A DNA stretch of 64,000 nt from Tubulanus polymorphus (GCF_964204645.1 NC_134030.1:7669122-7733121), one strand, 5' to 3'; counted from the stretch's first letter, positions 1-14,393 are shown. Translations and numbers: made by a program. Notes: a model not told the origin generated them from the sequence alone.

Positions 1-3000
1 AGGGAGATGAGTCCGTTGTTGACCGTCCATCAGAGTCGAATCAATGCTCATCAGTGTATTACGTCATACTTCGGCAATTAAACCGTAATTAGCCTACAGG
101 AATTAGGCCAATTTATCGATAAATAATTAACTACGCAGTGGTAATTTGACTACTTACAAGATGAGTCCGAAATGGACGGAATGAAATTTGGTGGGTTAGT
201 TCCAAAGGCATCTTTTTTTTTCTGGAAGCCATCGCTAACACCTTGTGACAAAAGGTGAAAATTGTCGTCATTGTTATGCGATCCTATTGTCCATGAAGGA
301 ACCCCAAAGGGATGAGTATAGATCAGCTAAAGTGGCCAAGGTAATCAACGGTAATTGGTCGCCATTTATGGATTAGGCAAGATAATCTTCTAATGCATGG
401 TTCCATGAGCGTTCGCGATAGATATGTGCATATTTCTGCCTACCTCCAGCAACGTGGACAGCTCGACGTTTAATCAAACTTCTACGGTATTTCAAGCCGA
501 TAAAAAAGATTCAAACTGTGATTTTCTTTATTGTAGCGTATCGTATTGATGGGCGCTGTATTAATGATGGTTTTGAACCTGTCCATGGATTTCATCTGTT
601 TACTGAAACAGCAGAATATCCCAATAAATGTACGAACTGGATAAAAAAGGGATGCGTTCACACTTGTTAAGTTTGTTTCCATGATATTTTTGAATAATGC
701 CAATTTTACTTATGTCATCAGGTTTTATGGTTGCTTTAAGTACATATGCGTTCGACACATGGTTCGACACATGTGCGGCCATTTTACCTTGATTTGAATC
801 TAATTGCCCAGAAGTCGGGCCTTTTGGAATCGCTACCAACTAATTTGATGAGACCTTGAATGCGATATCATTGCTATACGTGTGAGTAATAGCCATCTGT
901 CCACGAGGATGTGTTATGTTCGGACAGATGCGGTTATGCAAACTTTTCTTCAGTCCAGTTATAAATTAGCTCGATGACCAAACTGACACCTATCTAATGA
1001 CAACACCTCAAGGCCATTATTTTCAATAGTTGGAAGATGTAATGTATTTCTGGTGATCATTGACCATAAATGTTCATTCATGAGTTTGCTATTGTCAATG
1101 CAATAATAATGTAAATCAGTTATACCTATGATGTAAGGATAATTGATCACCGGCTTTTGGCAGTTGGTACCAATTAATAAAGTAAAGTGAAATCTACCTG
1201 AATTATAGGTTGACAAAGTGATTGCCTCATGTATTCACATTAATTCAATTAGCCTGGCATAGCCAAGTTATTTTGTAATGTGGAAGAAAAGAGGTGGTTT
1301 GCTACCTTTACAAGTGTGTTGGGAGTCACCTCCATGATAAAGCCTGTGAATTTTGCCTTGTCCGTTACCAGCTTTAGGGAAGATACAGTATTGCTGATTA
1401 ACGATAACAAAGTATTGAGGAATAGATAATAGAAATTTCATTTATTACTGGTTTACATGCGCTAATTATAAATTCTTGCAAAGCAGCTATGGTAAAACTG
1501 GTTGTGTTTTGGTCCGGTCTAGGCAATCACTCCATGTTCAGTGACCTTATCCATTCAAAGCATTTTATTTCATTATTTCGACCTTCACGCTCGGAAGCGC
1601 CTCAGCTGTTTTTTATACTTCTGAAGTGACGACGAATTCTTTGCTTACTTTACTAGTGAAAAGTTTCTAGAGAGGAAGTCCATCGAGCGGGCGACTGAGC
1701 GACGTTACCGTCGTATTAATTTCACACCGATGAATGCTATGTTCGGTTTTATTTCGTGTTTGTTGGTTTTACATCGCGTACGATGTTGATTCTTCGTCTC
1801 GTCAGGTGATGCGATTTTCCGGTTAATTCCGTCGGTTTTTCCGCGTGATTTAACGCGTTTGATTGCCGGAAACTGAACGCGACGCGTACCTGAATATATT
1901 TTCACCTGAGACGGCATATGCTGTGGCTGCTGTTTTGTCGATTTATGAATTTGACATTTATCGAAGTTCTACTATATTTGTCATTCAAAAAGATCAAGAA
2001 TTTTCTCAAAACGTTAACTATGACATTTACATGGGATTGAAATGACGATGGACATTATTTTGTGAGTAGGGAGTTTCTTAGAACGTATCACTTGCCACGT
2101 ACGAGAAAAAATTCAATTCAACGATGATGTTGACGGGTTTTTTTGCCCGTCACAATCTACGGAGATGTTCGTTTTGAGTGCCAGTGGCTTGATGTCTCTT
2201 GGCGCACGTTGCCACCTTTAATACACCTGATTACCTGTCTCCTATCAACACGGATCCGTTTCACAGACTATTCCATGGTTTTATCGTGATTGAAAAAGTC
2301 AATTACCACCTTAGGTGGCAAAACGGTAAACGCTCTAATATACGTCTGGTCGAGAGCTTTCGGCTTCAGGTTTCTTCGACCTCTCGTCGTAATTCCGCGT
2401 GAGAATTTTTCAGTCGAGGATCGTAAAGGATGACATCTACACGAGATTGAATGCTGACCCTCCGCTGCAATATTCTGTGTATAAGATTGTATTGTCTAAT
2501 AGGCTGCATATAAGCGTCTAATTCCTTATCTAATGTCCAAAAGTAAAGCTGATCACTCATGTGTATCTAGTGGAAATGCTCATTATTAATGCTTTGTTCT
2601 ATCAAATGTGCTTGTATCAGTACCAAGTGCGACTCGTGATTGCTGTCCAATTTTTGAACTGTTTTTCTTTGTCTTATGCTGTTTAAGTTCATTCATATGT
2701 GTGAATGGATCTTAATAGTTTCTTACTCTCCCCTCACCCCGGTGGTGGCTGTTTAATAAGATGGTTTACGGTAAACCAACGGCGTATCTCTCTCTACCTG
2801 AGAGTGGAGCACTTGTTTTTATTGCTAACTCAATTACCTGAGCTGACAGTCGGGTGTCAGAAGTAGATAGGAGAAAATCACCTGAATGACTCGCGTTGAA
2901 TAAAGATCAAGTAGCAGCGTGAACCGGTTGTCGTGTCACATAGTGTGTTTACTGATAACGTTAGATGAGAAAATGAAGGCAAGATCGGTCTGTTGTCGTA

Positions 3001-6000
3001 AACTCTTACCATGCGACAATGATAACATTACAACTGAATGGATGAAAATGGGGCTCGATGTGAACTATGAGCAATTGTAGATGTGAAAGACTCGCAAACT
3101 GTTTACGTTTTCCTCTCAGTGAAGAATTTAGAATTGGAGACAAATGAAATAGGTCATAAGGCTATGAATTGTTGTGTTTTCAATTACACCAATAACACTG
3201 ACCTATGATTGAATGAAGATAGGATGATTGAATGAAGATTTCTTCATGAAGGTTTCTTCAATTCCCAAATTTTAATTCCTTATATTAGATATGTTCATTT
3301 TAGGGTAGATATTTAACTTAGAAATATGACATACCATTTTATCTGCATCTACGAATTTGCTCAAGACTGTTTAAACAGCTATCAGTACTTCTTAATCTGA
3401 AGATTACAAAGGTGAAAGTTACTATATTTTACTCATTACCGTCTACCCATCAGAGATGAATCAGTCTTCATCAAACTCGACGCAACACTAGATTCTTTAT
3501 CATATAATGTTTGAATAACGGCTGCGGTTATGATCGAGGAAATGAAATATTCATGCAACCACCTGGAGGCTGGTGGCAGCCACAGGGGGACTGATCGTCG
3601 GTCAGGTAGATCGGGGCTGAAAACCTAATCTCTCGCCGTCGTCGCCGCCTCGGGTGAGATTTTGTAAATGTTGCCCAGGTAATCTAATAACCGTATAGCC
3701 ATCGTCATTCATCATTCAAAACATAGCGCTTGTTTTGTCTCGTTGATTGTATCTAATGTCCGTCGGGCGGATTGAATGTCCATTCAGCGGTTATTCAGCG
3801 GGCAATCAAAGCAAAAATATTCACGGCTATATAATTTGAGCGTCTGGACACCATTTTTCCTTGTCACAAGAGTTGATCCGACCTTTGGTTTGTAGCCGTG
3901 CCCCAGAATCATTGCCTAATTCATTCTAATTTTGATAATGCCTTATTCGCTTAAGAAACCTACATAATTCGCTCATTTCACTATTCTTTGGCATTTACGG
4001 TTCTGAAAATTGTTTTATTTCTTCAATTTAGAAACTATGATATTGATCTTTTTAGTTGATATTACCCTATTGATATATCGAGATCTCACCATGAATCGAA
4101 TTGCGATAGTTATATTGATCTATACTACAAAGGGAATATCACGCGGAATATACCGATATTTTGACCGACACACCAGGTGTTGGGGATGTATTTTTTATTT
4201 GTTCCGGACAAAGCATGTTCCGATCTGCTTTGTGTTGCCGTAGCTGGTCCAATCGGTCCATTCCACTCAGTGGCCTGTAGTCGATTGTTCAGTCACCTGG
4301 TCACATGGCCCCTGGACAACAACAATTGATAAAATTTGAATAATCTGATAAATGAAAATCTAGGCCAGGTACCAAATAACGGTGGATGTTTTTCATTTTT
4401 TGATCCTGAGTGAAGTTGAATCGATCAAAAAATTGTGGTCACTAGGTTTTTGAAAATGCCGCGTTGTTCGTGTGATCGGTCCCGTCTCGTCGATGCGACA
4501 AATTTAAACAAAGAACACGCCCGAGTACGATGAATTATCAACAACAATTATTTCTCCCATGCGATGACAAAAGCAATTGAAAAATCGCGCATTAATCTGA
4601 TTTCCTGATCATCCGACAGAAGGGTGGTGGTTTTGGGGCATAGTCTTAATCAATCCCAGCACGAGTAGGTACAAAATAATAAGTCTTTGTTGTTGTATTC
4701 ATTTGACCAGTTGATGACCAGTGACCGAACTGTTTTTGATGCAGGCGGTCATGCTACTTCGCTAGGGTGTCGTGTGTCCGCACGTGACATACCCATTATT
4801 AGATGTTTGTTGCAATTTCGGCCTTTGTGTCTTTAGCATATATTATGTACGTATATGAGCATTTAGCCTAGAGAAACCGGGCATATACAAAAAGAAATTG
4901 ATTCTTTTCTTATTCCTGTGGTGAATATTTCGATTTAATCAAAATTACTCTCTCACCGATGACGATGCGGCCGGCAACCTACTCCAGCGCGAACGCTAAA
5001 TGTATTGTTGCTAGGCAACTCGATTTAATACGCATATGCAAAATCTGATCAAGTTATTTTTTCACCCGGGAAAATACCCTCGAATTTCGAGTCTTAATTA
5101 CGAAACATAAATTTCAACAGATGGGCCTGGCCCTGCGCTAGGGTTGACGGGACTCATTAAAACTTCCCGATTAGAAAGGTGCATTATAATTAAGCCCGGT
5201 CGTAATACCCGAAATAAGTTTATGATCACGTTTTAAAACGTCGATTACTGAAGTTATATCGAATTATCGCGAATTAAACATTTGTCGAATTTTTGCTGTA
5301 AATCTATTATTGCTTGTAATTGGAAGATGAAATGCGGTTAGCCGTATTGCTGTGTCATTTAAATTGGCTCTTCATTCCACCTTACATGAAACTATCGGCT
5401 CTCGGTTTATTAGCTAAAAGGTATCGCGCGGATGGGAGAAGCTCCGCCGGGGAGGTACATCCCCCTGAATACACAAAAGAGACCCAACTCTTTCTGTTGT
5501 TTTAAATACACCCAATAATTATACACCACTTGTGCGCAACCGCGCTCTCCAATGTGAAGTAGAAGCCTGACAGGAAGTTAACAACGGTAGTCAACCTGCT
5601 AATGAAATTACAACGCAAATACAATTACCGTTGATGGGGTCTGTTTGCGGTAATAGTTGTCCCTGGTACCTTGCACAAATAGACGACGACTAATTCCTCA
5701 CCGGAAATAGTGATGACCCGGCAATTTAAAAGGTAGCAATTTACCGGAGAAATAATTACGTCTGGGGGCGCGTTTCGAACACCTAAAACAAACAGCAGAA
5801 CTGTTCATCAGGTCGAACAACTAAACCGGGACAATAAGTAACAAGCTTTCATGACTAAACCTGAGTTATTCAAAATTATTCAATTTCAACAATTAAAACG
5901 AATTCCATATTCCTGCAACTAGATTTAATCCATCCATGACTATACCTAATGGTCAGTTCTCACTTATGTTATCAATATCCATATTTACTGATATCAAAAA

Positions 6001-6069
6001 TGCTTGAAACGCTCACAAGATTACTGACAGTTGGACTTGTCATGGACAGAGTCAGACATGCAGCATACT

Positions 6070-6480
6070 CAGGTTGCCATTACCATAATTCCTATGCATT
6101 AGGTTCACACTGTACCATAATTCCTATGCGCTAGGTTGACACTACCATAATTCCTATATCCTAGGTTGACACTACAATAATTCTTATGCGCTAAGTTTAT
6201 ACTAACATAATTCCCATGCGCTAGGTTGACACTACCATAATTCCTATCTGCTAGGTTAATACTACCATAATTCCTATGCGTTAGGTTGACACTGACATAG
6301 TTCCTATGCGCTAGGTTAATACTACTATAATTCCTATGCGCTAGGTTGGCTCTGTACCATAATTCCTATGAGCTAGGTTGACACTACCATAATTCCTATG
6401 CGCTAGGTTAATACTACCATAAATTCCTATACCCTAAGTTGACACTACCATAATACCTATGCACTAGGTTGGCACTGCAT
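6070..6480. repeat. 30-bp minisatellite, ~13.5 units (consensus CTAGGTTGACACTACCATAATTCCTATGCG)
   Basis: Units are directly readable, e.g. 6131-6160, 6161-6190, 6221-6250, 6373-6402. They are contiguous with no unique spacers. Confidence 0.97.
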
Positions 6481-8329
6481 TGCCGTTGATAAGTTTATCA
6501 TAAAATTTTGAGATGAGTTCAGCTGGTCACCGATTCATTTCGGACGCTTACCTGAACATTCTATTCATGCGATGTCGTTATTACGTTATCGCAAGGGGCG
6601 ATATTTATTCAGAATATTCATGGATTTTAACGCGATTACCGACGAGTCGTTGTCCACATCGCTGCCGGTCATTCAAGTACCTGCCCCTAATAGTAAGCCA
6701 ATTAGTCGAGTTTATCATGCGCCTACAATATAATTTCATACACATCGGACGAAATTGCTTTACTGTTTGCCGGTTCCCGTATTGGGTAATCGAATCAATG
6801 AATTACGGAACGATGGCCGCAAATTTTCGGTAATTAAGGCTGGCGTGTCTCTCGGCGTTTTCTTCGATATGAGAAATTCCGTCGTTGAATCTTACGATGG
6901 AAATAAAATCATCGTGTCCTCCGTCACTCGCTGCTCGAATAGTAGCCGTGAGGTATATATGTATATACAGTATTGAAGATGTTGTTGTCCGGCCGAATAT
7001 GAATGCGGAAATCGGCGACCAATTTTTTTATGACCAGTGAAACCTGGATGATGGTAGAAATGTAGCCCTAATGATATTGTGGAGCTTCAATGACTATGAT
7101 ATATCTGAATGACCAGTGTTAAAATGACCAACATGTGGTGAGTAGAGGATAGTGAAATGGGCTCAGTCTGGTCTTATTTGATTCTCACTATAAAGCCAAT
7201 CTCTTTGCAGTTTCATTTATGACTTAAGCCACTGGTGGGTCCGCCTTGCCACTGCCAATGACAATTGGAGTCGCTGGCGATCAGGTCGCAGTGAACTGTC
7301 AGCCTATGAACCCGTGCAACTACCAACGATTCATAACGTCTGCCAGCTATGTCAGTTGCAAGAGTCGCGCATGTTCTACTTTCTGCATTTCGATGTCCCA
7401 GTTGCCACTGACATGCGCTGCTCTTGTGACTGACAGAGACTAGTTGAACACTGTTGTTGACAGTTGTGTCGGAGTGGCGCCCATTTGCGACCAGTTGCGA
7501 CTGATGGCATCACGTTGCACAAGCAGCCCTTTTAGTCCTCCCTATAGGTTCAGCTATTTTAGTTCTATGCCATTCTAACAACATCAGCTAGGTCTTAATA
7601 TGTTCATGACTGCTTCGTGAACCGGCCCATGACCTTTCGTTCGTTGTGAATATTCCCATATAAAGCGGCGTTTTTTCCCCAATCCATCCTCTGTTCATAC
7701 CTCGAATAGCATTCATCAGCCTAATTAGTTGGTAATCAAGGATGATGAATGGTAGCTGAACTTTTTCGTACATAATGCTGCATCAATTTATACCTGCATA
7801 ATTGCACGTCGCTGCTTAATAGTTTGACAGAGGTATTTTATGGTGGCGACAGGCAAAACCTGAAAACTCCCAGATTGGTGAGAGAGGTCAGATAGAATCG
7901 GCATCTCGATGATATTTGAGGTAATGAATTTCGAATATAGGAACATACTATTGTACTTCAGTTGTAAGATAATGCTTTCAAAATTACGATCAATCTAATA
8001 ACAGGATATTTTAGCAGCCTAAGGACAAAAATAGTAACTTGAGCACTGCTAAGATGAAAATTTGTATTTTCATTTTCACTTTCACATAATATCTTCTGTA
8101 CTGTTCTTTTTTAGGAATATTTACTAAAGTAAAAAGTTATCTGGTCATATTCGCTAAATCATGTTGATCCTCCTCTGCCCTACATAAGGCCTTGGAACTG
8201 CAGATTGGTTCTACATTGAAGATATGAGATAATACCTTGCTCCGCCAGCTCGTTCATACCAAAATGGCTCACTTGCTATCCAACGGATGGCTAGGTAGGT
8301 GCTAGCTATGTGAGTCACTTCTACAACCA

Positions 8330-8525
8330 ATCGTCAGTCACATGGAAAAATTAGACCAATGCTGAAATTTGGCGCAAGCTTCCTCTGACAAAAAACATCG
8401 ACCAGGTTGGCTCATCTTAAACAGGCATGGAGCCATTTGGTGCACCAGCGTGAACGGTTGGCCTGGGCCTAATCTGGCATGAGCCAAATTTGGTCCGGAT
8501 CAAAAACACTTGTTTCATGGTGCCT
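8330..8525 (+). mobile_element. MITE family A (PIF/Harbinger-like), degenerate copy
   Basis: Contains gcatggagccatttggtgcaccagcgtgaacggttggc, matching the family core GGGCCCATTTGGCACC..GTGAAC at 9741 and 28921. Termini are eroded and boundaries approximate. Confidence 0.7.
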
Positions 8526-9231
8526 ATTTACAATTCAAGACCCTATTTCAGAAAGCAGAAATACCTCACTCTTTCAAACCAGCCTTGAGCTTACTTTAGA
8601 AATTGGGCCTGGGTTTATATTGTTAATTAATCGAAATACTTATCAAATCCGATGTTATATTTGAACTGATTTTTTAACGACCTCCGCCATTTTGTTACTA
8701 ATCGTGTGAAACGGCATCGCGCCCGCGCGAGTGCGCAGCACCGATCGTAATTTATATTCGCCTAAGTGTCGTTTAGTTCGGTGAGTAAACAACGTGAAAT
8801 GGGTAATTCCGGCACTTTCACCTGACTCGCGTGAGATATGTCGGTTAGAGAGGTAAATTACGGTTTCGTTACAAACGACAGAAATTAACCGTCATTAATC
8901 ATCGACAAGCGACTGCTGCTGCCGTGGTGGAAATTACCGGCGGAAAATTAAGTTGTTATATCCTGTCATAAAACCTGGGTTGACGTTCTTGTCGGCGGCG
9001 ATGGTTGATGATAGGTGAGCGGTAAGGAATTGTTACCGATGAAATGTAGTCGCGTCGTCACGAGCGGCGGGCGATGACGAGTACCGATCGGGGATCGTTT
9101 GTTACTCGTCACGGCGCGAGACGAATGCGGGCCCCCGCGTGCGTACGTCCGTCCCCGGTGCGCGAAACAATGTCAGTTCGTTAGGGCTCGTTTAAACTAT
9201 GAATCTTAAACTTTCGATTCTTCGCGCCGAG

Positions 9232-9301
9232 ACCTTGAAGTCTGAATTCTAGATAAACTAGGCGACACCTTGAAGTCTGAATTCTAGATAAACTAGGCGA
9301 C
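9232..9301. repeat. 35-bp perfect tandem duplication
   Basis: accttgaagtctgaattctagataaactaggcgac occurs at 9232-9266 and 9267-9301, with a diverged third copy near 9398-9435. Confidence 0.95.
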
Positions 9302-9703
9302 GTCGGAACGTTTATATATTAGGAAGTCGTTTTGATTACAGCTTGTTGTTCCCATCAGTGTCGGCGTCTTCGTGGAGTTAAGTGTCTGAACCTTGAAACT
9401 TGAAGTTTTCAATTTTAGATAAACTTAGTTGACGTAGGTGACATTGTAAGGAAAATTCATTAAAGGGCTTGTCTTCTCCATCATAGCTTTACTGCCTTGA
9501 CAGTCTTAATGCACCGAACTTTCAAAATTCTATGAAATGATACATTACTCTGTACAAGACATCGATTTCCAGTCGGAATTTGGGGAAATCATGGAAAGGT
9601 TCATAGGTACTTAATGATGATATTAGATGATATTCAAATTACATGTGGCATCGCGTTTGAATTGCATAAGTTTTATGTCCACAGTCACAGTAACATAGTA
9701 TAA

Positions 9704-9803
9704 AGCCAATCATACGGAGACAATTTGGCCAAACAGTCATGGGCCCATTTGGCACCGGTGTGAACCGTTCTACCGGGCCAAAAGTGCTTGTGAGATTGCG
9801 GCT
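9704..9803 (+). mobile_element. MITE family A, 100-bp internally deleted copy with TAA target-site duplication
   Basis: Structure is TAA|AGCCAATCATACGGAGAC ... GAGATTGCGGCT|TAA, with imperfect TIRs. A 3-bp TWA TSD is typical of PIF/Harbinger (superfamily call is inference). Confidence 0.8.
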
Positions 9804-10663
9804 TAAGCTGTCTTCAGTACTCAAGTTGATGCTGGTTTTTTACTCTGCAATTTAGGAAGCAATATTATTCCGACAGTCTGATAGAATCGAGCAACCCGCG
9901 CGGCTTTCATTCTTTCTAATCACTTTCGCGGCAAAAACGAATATCACCATTTTCATCTTCGGGATGCTCTTGTCAGAGTTGTCGAAAAGTATCGTGGTTC
10001 GTAATGATTTTGTATTACTACTGTTACGCTACTACTCCAACCGTTGTTTCGGCTTCGGCGAAAAAAGTCAAGTCGCTCTCCACGTGTCGGCTGTTTAATG
10101 AATATTGGACAGGATGATAATTAATATGCGACGTCGTCATTATTGGAATGCGAAGGTACTTCGTTTGTTGGCTTTCGCATATTTGTCGAACTGCGCCCGC
10201 GCGCGCAAGCGAGCGAGCGAGGAGAGTCGGCCGGGAGAGAAGAAAATTGAAGATCTGGCGGCAGCGCGATTCGAGCACGCGTATGCATTCGTGTTTGTGT
10301 GTACGATGCGAGAGTTGAGATGATGGTGAAATTGAGGTGTATATTAAAGTGATAGTCGAGTATGTTGACACTGTGAGCTATTCTCAAATCGTCGAACGTC
10401 TCGCACGAGATTTCTTCTCTCGTTTGAGATTGTTCGCGAGAATGATTTCTTTCATTTCGCATTTGTATTCGATAGTTCCGAATATCGGTTGACATTTGTT
10501 TTGCTAGTTACGATCTCGTTATAGCTCAATTTCGTCTCGAATCTGTCAATTATGCGATGCAAGTATATTCTTTTTAGATATCGCTGTTGACTGGATAAAA
10601 AGCCATTCTCCAGTGGCGAGGATTTTTGAGTCGTACCGCAGTTGTGGTTAAGATTTGACACTG

Positions 10664-10928
10664 AAGCGATCACTCGAGCGATTTTGGCAAGTGTTCACAC
10701 GGGTGCCAAATGGGCCTGAGCCTTTTTGGTGTGACCTTATTGGTCAGACCAGGTCCAAATTATTACGTTTGAATTGCAACTGGTTCCGGAAGTGATTTAC
10801 TTCACTTTTTTAAAGCATTGTTTAGTATTGAGTAACTGGTTTACGTCTGTGAACGCGTTCTCTGATCAGGAAGGGCCAAATTTGAATCGAGCCTGATCGG
10901 GCAAAATCGTCTCCGGGTGATCGCGGCT
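10664..10928 (-). mobile_element. MITE family A, long copy
   Basis: gttcacacgggtgccaaatgggcc, gcattgtttagtat and the terminal atcgtctccgggtgatcgcggct are shared with the copies at 16630-17002 and 53938-54194. Confidence 0.85.
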
Positions 10929-10934
10929 TTATTG

Positions 10935-11156
10935 CAGAGCTGCTTACTGTTCCTGATTTTCAGAATTTGTTAATATTTTATAATTAGAAATACTGATTAG
11001 ATTTGTCTGATGCAAACAGGAACATGAAAGACATTACTGAGGGTCTTACTGTTGATTACTGATTAATTTGAATATTTTCTTTCATATTTCAATGAAACGT
11101 AACTGAAAGAATTCAATTTGTTACTGATAGCAGTTTTCAGAGGCTGTAATTGGCAA
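10935..11156 (+). mobile_element. MITE family C (CAGAGCTGCCAAC...GTTGGCAGC termini; hAT-like)
   Basis: Colinear with 15239-15492 and 50370-50586 (ggtcttactgttgat, attactgattaatttgaa, ttcaatttgtt). Confidence 0.85.
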
Positions 11157-12770
11157 TGAAATGATCTAACTTGTCGACTTTGGTATTGTGGAACGGGCCC
11201 CATCGCATTCAAAACAAAACCCTAGAAATAGAAAAGCATTTAGGTATGCGTTAATGAATGATTGTTGTTTTAATTTGCTCGGTAAGTATGATTGAACACT
11301 GGATATCATAATGACAATTATTTGCGGGATTGCTTTTTTAATGTCGGAAAATGTATCTGCTGCATTAGTACACGTACGCAGCAGCGAAGATTGGTGTTTT
11401 GGGAAAAATAACTATTAACAAACACAGAGCGTGTTTGTCTGTCGTGCTTTGTTTTTCGGTGCAAGCCGAGACTTACATATATAGCCTAATCAGCTGCGTA
11501 CCCGATACCAGAGTGTCGTTTTTGCGTCTTCTCGAGTAAAGCCTAACGATAAACTATCTAAATGCAATCAAGTGTCCCAAAACACAGGTCATCAGCTTGT
11601 TTTATTGGGCCGCCAGTGATTAAAAAGTCTCGGTAATTTGTCCGAATCTCTCGTCGTCGTTGGTTATCAGAAACGATGCTGCGTCGCGCGATTCCCTATC
11701 TGACGGTATCCGGGTATCGTTTGTCTCTATCGCTAGTTATTGTTGTATATACTTCCCGGGGGAACGGTTTTGCCGGATGCCCGCTGCTGAGACAGGTCCA
11801 ATTAAACGTATGTCACAACTTATGTCGAGATGCGAGAGTTTTCCCGTTTCGAGCACCGCGCTCTCATTAAGAATCGAGGTTCGATGTCTGTAATCTTGTT
11901 TTTCCGTGTAGTTTGATTATTTTCATTATCGTTATTAGATTATTTCAACCAGTCAAGTCTAAAATGCAAAAAAAGCTATAGCAGTCCCGCGCCGTCTCGG
12001 AGATATACACGTTACACTCATTCCTTCAGTTGAACGGGTGGGCGAAATAAAAACGCCATAAAAATAAGATCATTGTTTCGTATAAAAGAGACGTCGAGCC
12101 ATCTTTTACTTTGTTGGATCGTTCCGTTGGGGTTTGTCGGACAGATTAAGGGAACATAACTTCGGCGACGGTTTCGCAATCCGACGCGCGGAAGATCGGC
12201 TACATACTGTAAAAGATTGATATACACCTAATGAGGGTAACCAATCAACTCGTAGTCGCTGGAGAATTCTTAATCAGTATACGCGAAATAAAATCGTCGC
12301 TGCGCTTACAGATTGTTTGACAGTAATTGCTGATGTCGGCCGGCCCCCAACAATACACGTTTAATTTGCCCGGGTTACCGTAAAGTGATTTGTCGTCATC
12401 GATGGCGTTGTACCGGCGGCGTTTAATTTGGAGAAATTGCGGCACCCATTTGGTGCAGCGGCGGCGGCGACGACGAGTTTTCAGCGTTGAACGACGGGCG
12501 CGTCTAGTATGCGTTTTAATAGCATCACTTTCACCTTGTGATTGATGCTCCTCCGTCGTGTAGCGAAAAACGGCAATAAACCCGCGATCGGCATAAAACC
12601 TAATTACGTCTTTTAATTGCTCGACAGTGTAACTTTTTGTTTGTCAAGAAAAAAGTATAGACACAAGCGATATGTCGGCATTATTAGTGTTTATTACTTG
12701 GGAGTGACTGTCATAAAGAGAACATGCCTATAAGGTTAACTTGTTCTTTTTGAAAAATAGCTTTCGCAAA

Positions 12771-13202
12771 TACCCATCATCGGCACAAACATGCTTAAGT
12801 CAAGAAAGTTCTAACATCTATACTAGAAATGCAAATCACCAAATCATGATGTCCAGATTTATTCATCTTTCATATCTAACCCCTGTTAAATGATGCTCAA
12901 TTATCCTTGAGAAGTTAATCTATGGCCCCTTGCGTTGTGTTTATACAATATCAAATCATACAGATACATTTCTTGATTTCACAAATTGTGAGTTTATGAT
13001 GTTCATCTATATTATTGTATAAACATAACCTGAGGGAGCATGGAAGCATCGATTAACTTTTTAAAGGTCATTGGGCATCTTTTAACAGGGGTTAAATATG
13101 GATATGGGAGATTTAGATTTTTGGACCTCATGGTGGGCAATTTGCATTTATGGTATAGATGTTAGAAATTTCTTCAGTCAGGCATATTTTTGAATGATGG
13201 TA
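12771..13202. mobile_element. Foldback element / long inverted repeat (~160-bp arms, ~100-bp spacer)
   Basis: aagaaagttctaacatctatactagaaatgcaaat pairs with atttgcatttatggtatagatgttagaaatttctt, and taacccctgttaaa pairs with tttaacaggggtta. Confidence 0.9.
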
Positions 13203-14134
13203 AACCACGTTGCTATGGAAATTCGCATCATTTATTCCTGTACCATTTTGGTGGCAGGTGGTCTCTCCAATAGTGACCATTGGTCATTTTCTAATAACAG
13301 CCTAGCAAACCGTTAATTATACCCGGAAAAATGACCATTGGCCCACACGCTGGGTGCTATATTAGAACCCATGAGAGAATCATCATCCCAGCCATATGTT
13401 TAATGTTTCACAGTTATTTTCGAAGAATCTTCCCTAGTCGTTTTTCAGTTAAGCGTCGGTCACCTGCGGTCAAATAGTGACCATCACACATGATCGGTCA
13501 AATTCGCTCGGACACCGGGCCTGGGGACAAAGACAAGTCTTCACAACAACAATGCAGTCGTTGCTATGAGACAAAGATTCGTATGCGGAAATCAATCTTT
13601 CTATTGTTGTCGCAGTAGATTCATTGAATGTTTTTTTCAATCGGATTGCGGTGGTCAGTTTCGTGGACGAATCCCCGCTGGCGTGCGCAATTCGTCAAAA
13701 CGCGTGCGTTCGTGTGTCACCTTTTCCGACGGACACTCGAACCTGATTTATCAAAGCTTTGTTCTTTTCGATGAACGAAATAACCAAGAACCTCCCGTGG
13801 TTTGATGACGGGGGTTTAGGGTGTTTTCTACCACACTGGTCAGTCGGACACGTGGCGCTTTTGTTGTTTATCGAAGTTTGATTTCTTAAACAGAAAAGGC
13901 CTTGTATTGATCTCATTGTTTGTCGGACAAAAAACTTGGTTAAAGACCCTCCGCAGGTGGTGTTGGTCAGTCTTGTAAATGCCGCCTGTGGTTTGCACGG
14001 ATATCCGTTGACCATAGACATGATATCAATGCGGTACTTATTGTTTTGCGTGGGAAGAATATTGAATGGGACTTCTTCATCGGATGTGTAAGACTGAAAT
14101 AAGAAATTTATTTGGCTGGAAAAATCATATCGTT

Positions 14135-14393
14135 TAGCGTGGCCACTAACCTGGAAAACTCAGGGATCAGGAAAATCTAGAAAAACATCAGGAAAACTCA
14201 GGGAATGTGACATTTTAACCAGAAGCCTTGGAAATTTGGATAATGCTATTGACCATGTGTTTCTTCATCAGCACGTGATTCAATGAAAAATGAATGAATT
14301 GTGTAACATTTCAAACCTAGAAATTTCTCTTGATTCACTCAGCGAATTTTGTATGTGTATCTCTCAAACGATTGATACTAGGTGGCAGCACTT
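14135..14393 (+). mobile_element. MITE family D (CAGGGTGGCCAC-type termini; hAT-like)
   Basis: Colinear with 59998-60294 (aaaatctagaaaaa, gggaatgtgaca, tattgacca). Carries repeated subterminal (tc)aggga/ggaaaa motifs. Confidence 0.8.

Noticed and set aside
157-185. Hammerhead-like caagATGA-GTCC-gaaat-GGAC-GGAA
   Set aside because: Stem II looks right, but both core segments deviate (no CUGA, and GGAA instead of GAAA) and I found no stems I or III.
6070-6480. CRISPR-like array
   Set aside because: Units are contiguous with no unique spacers, there are no cas genes, and the context is eukaryotic. It is an ordinary minisatellite.
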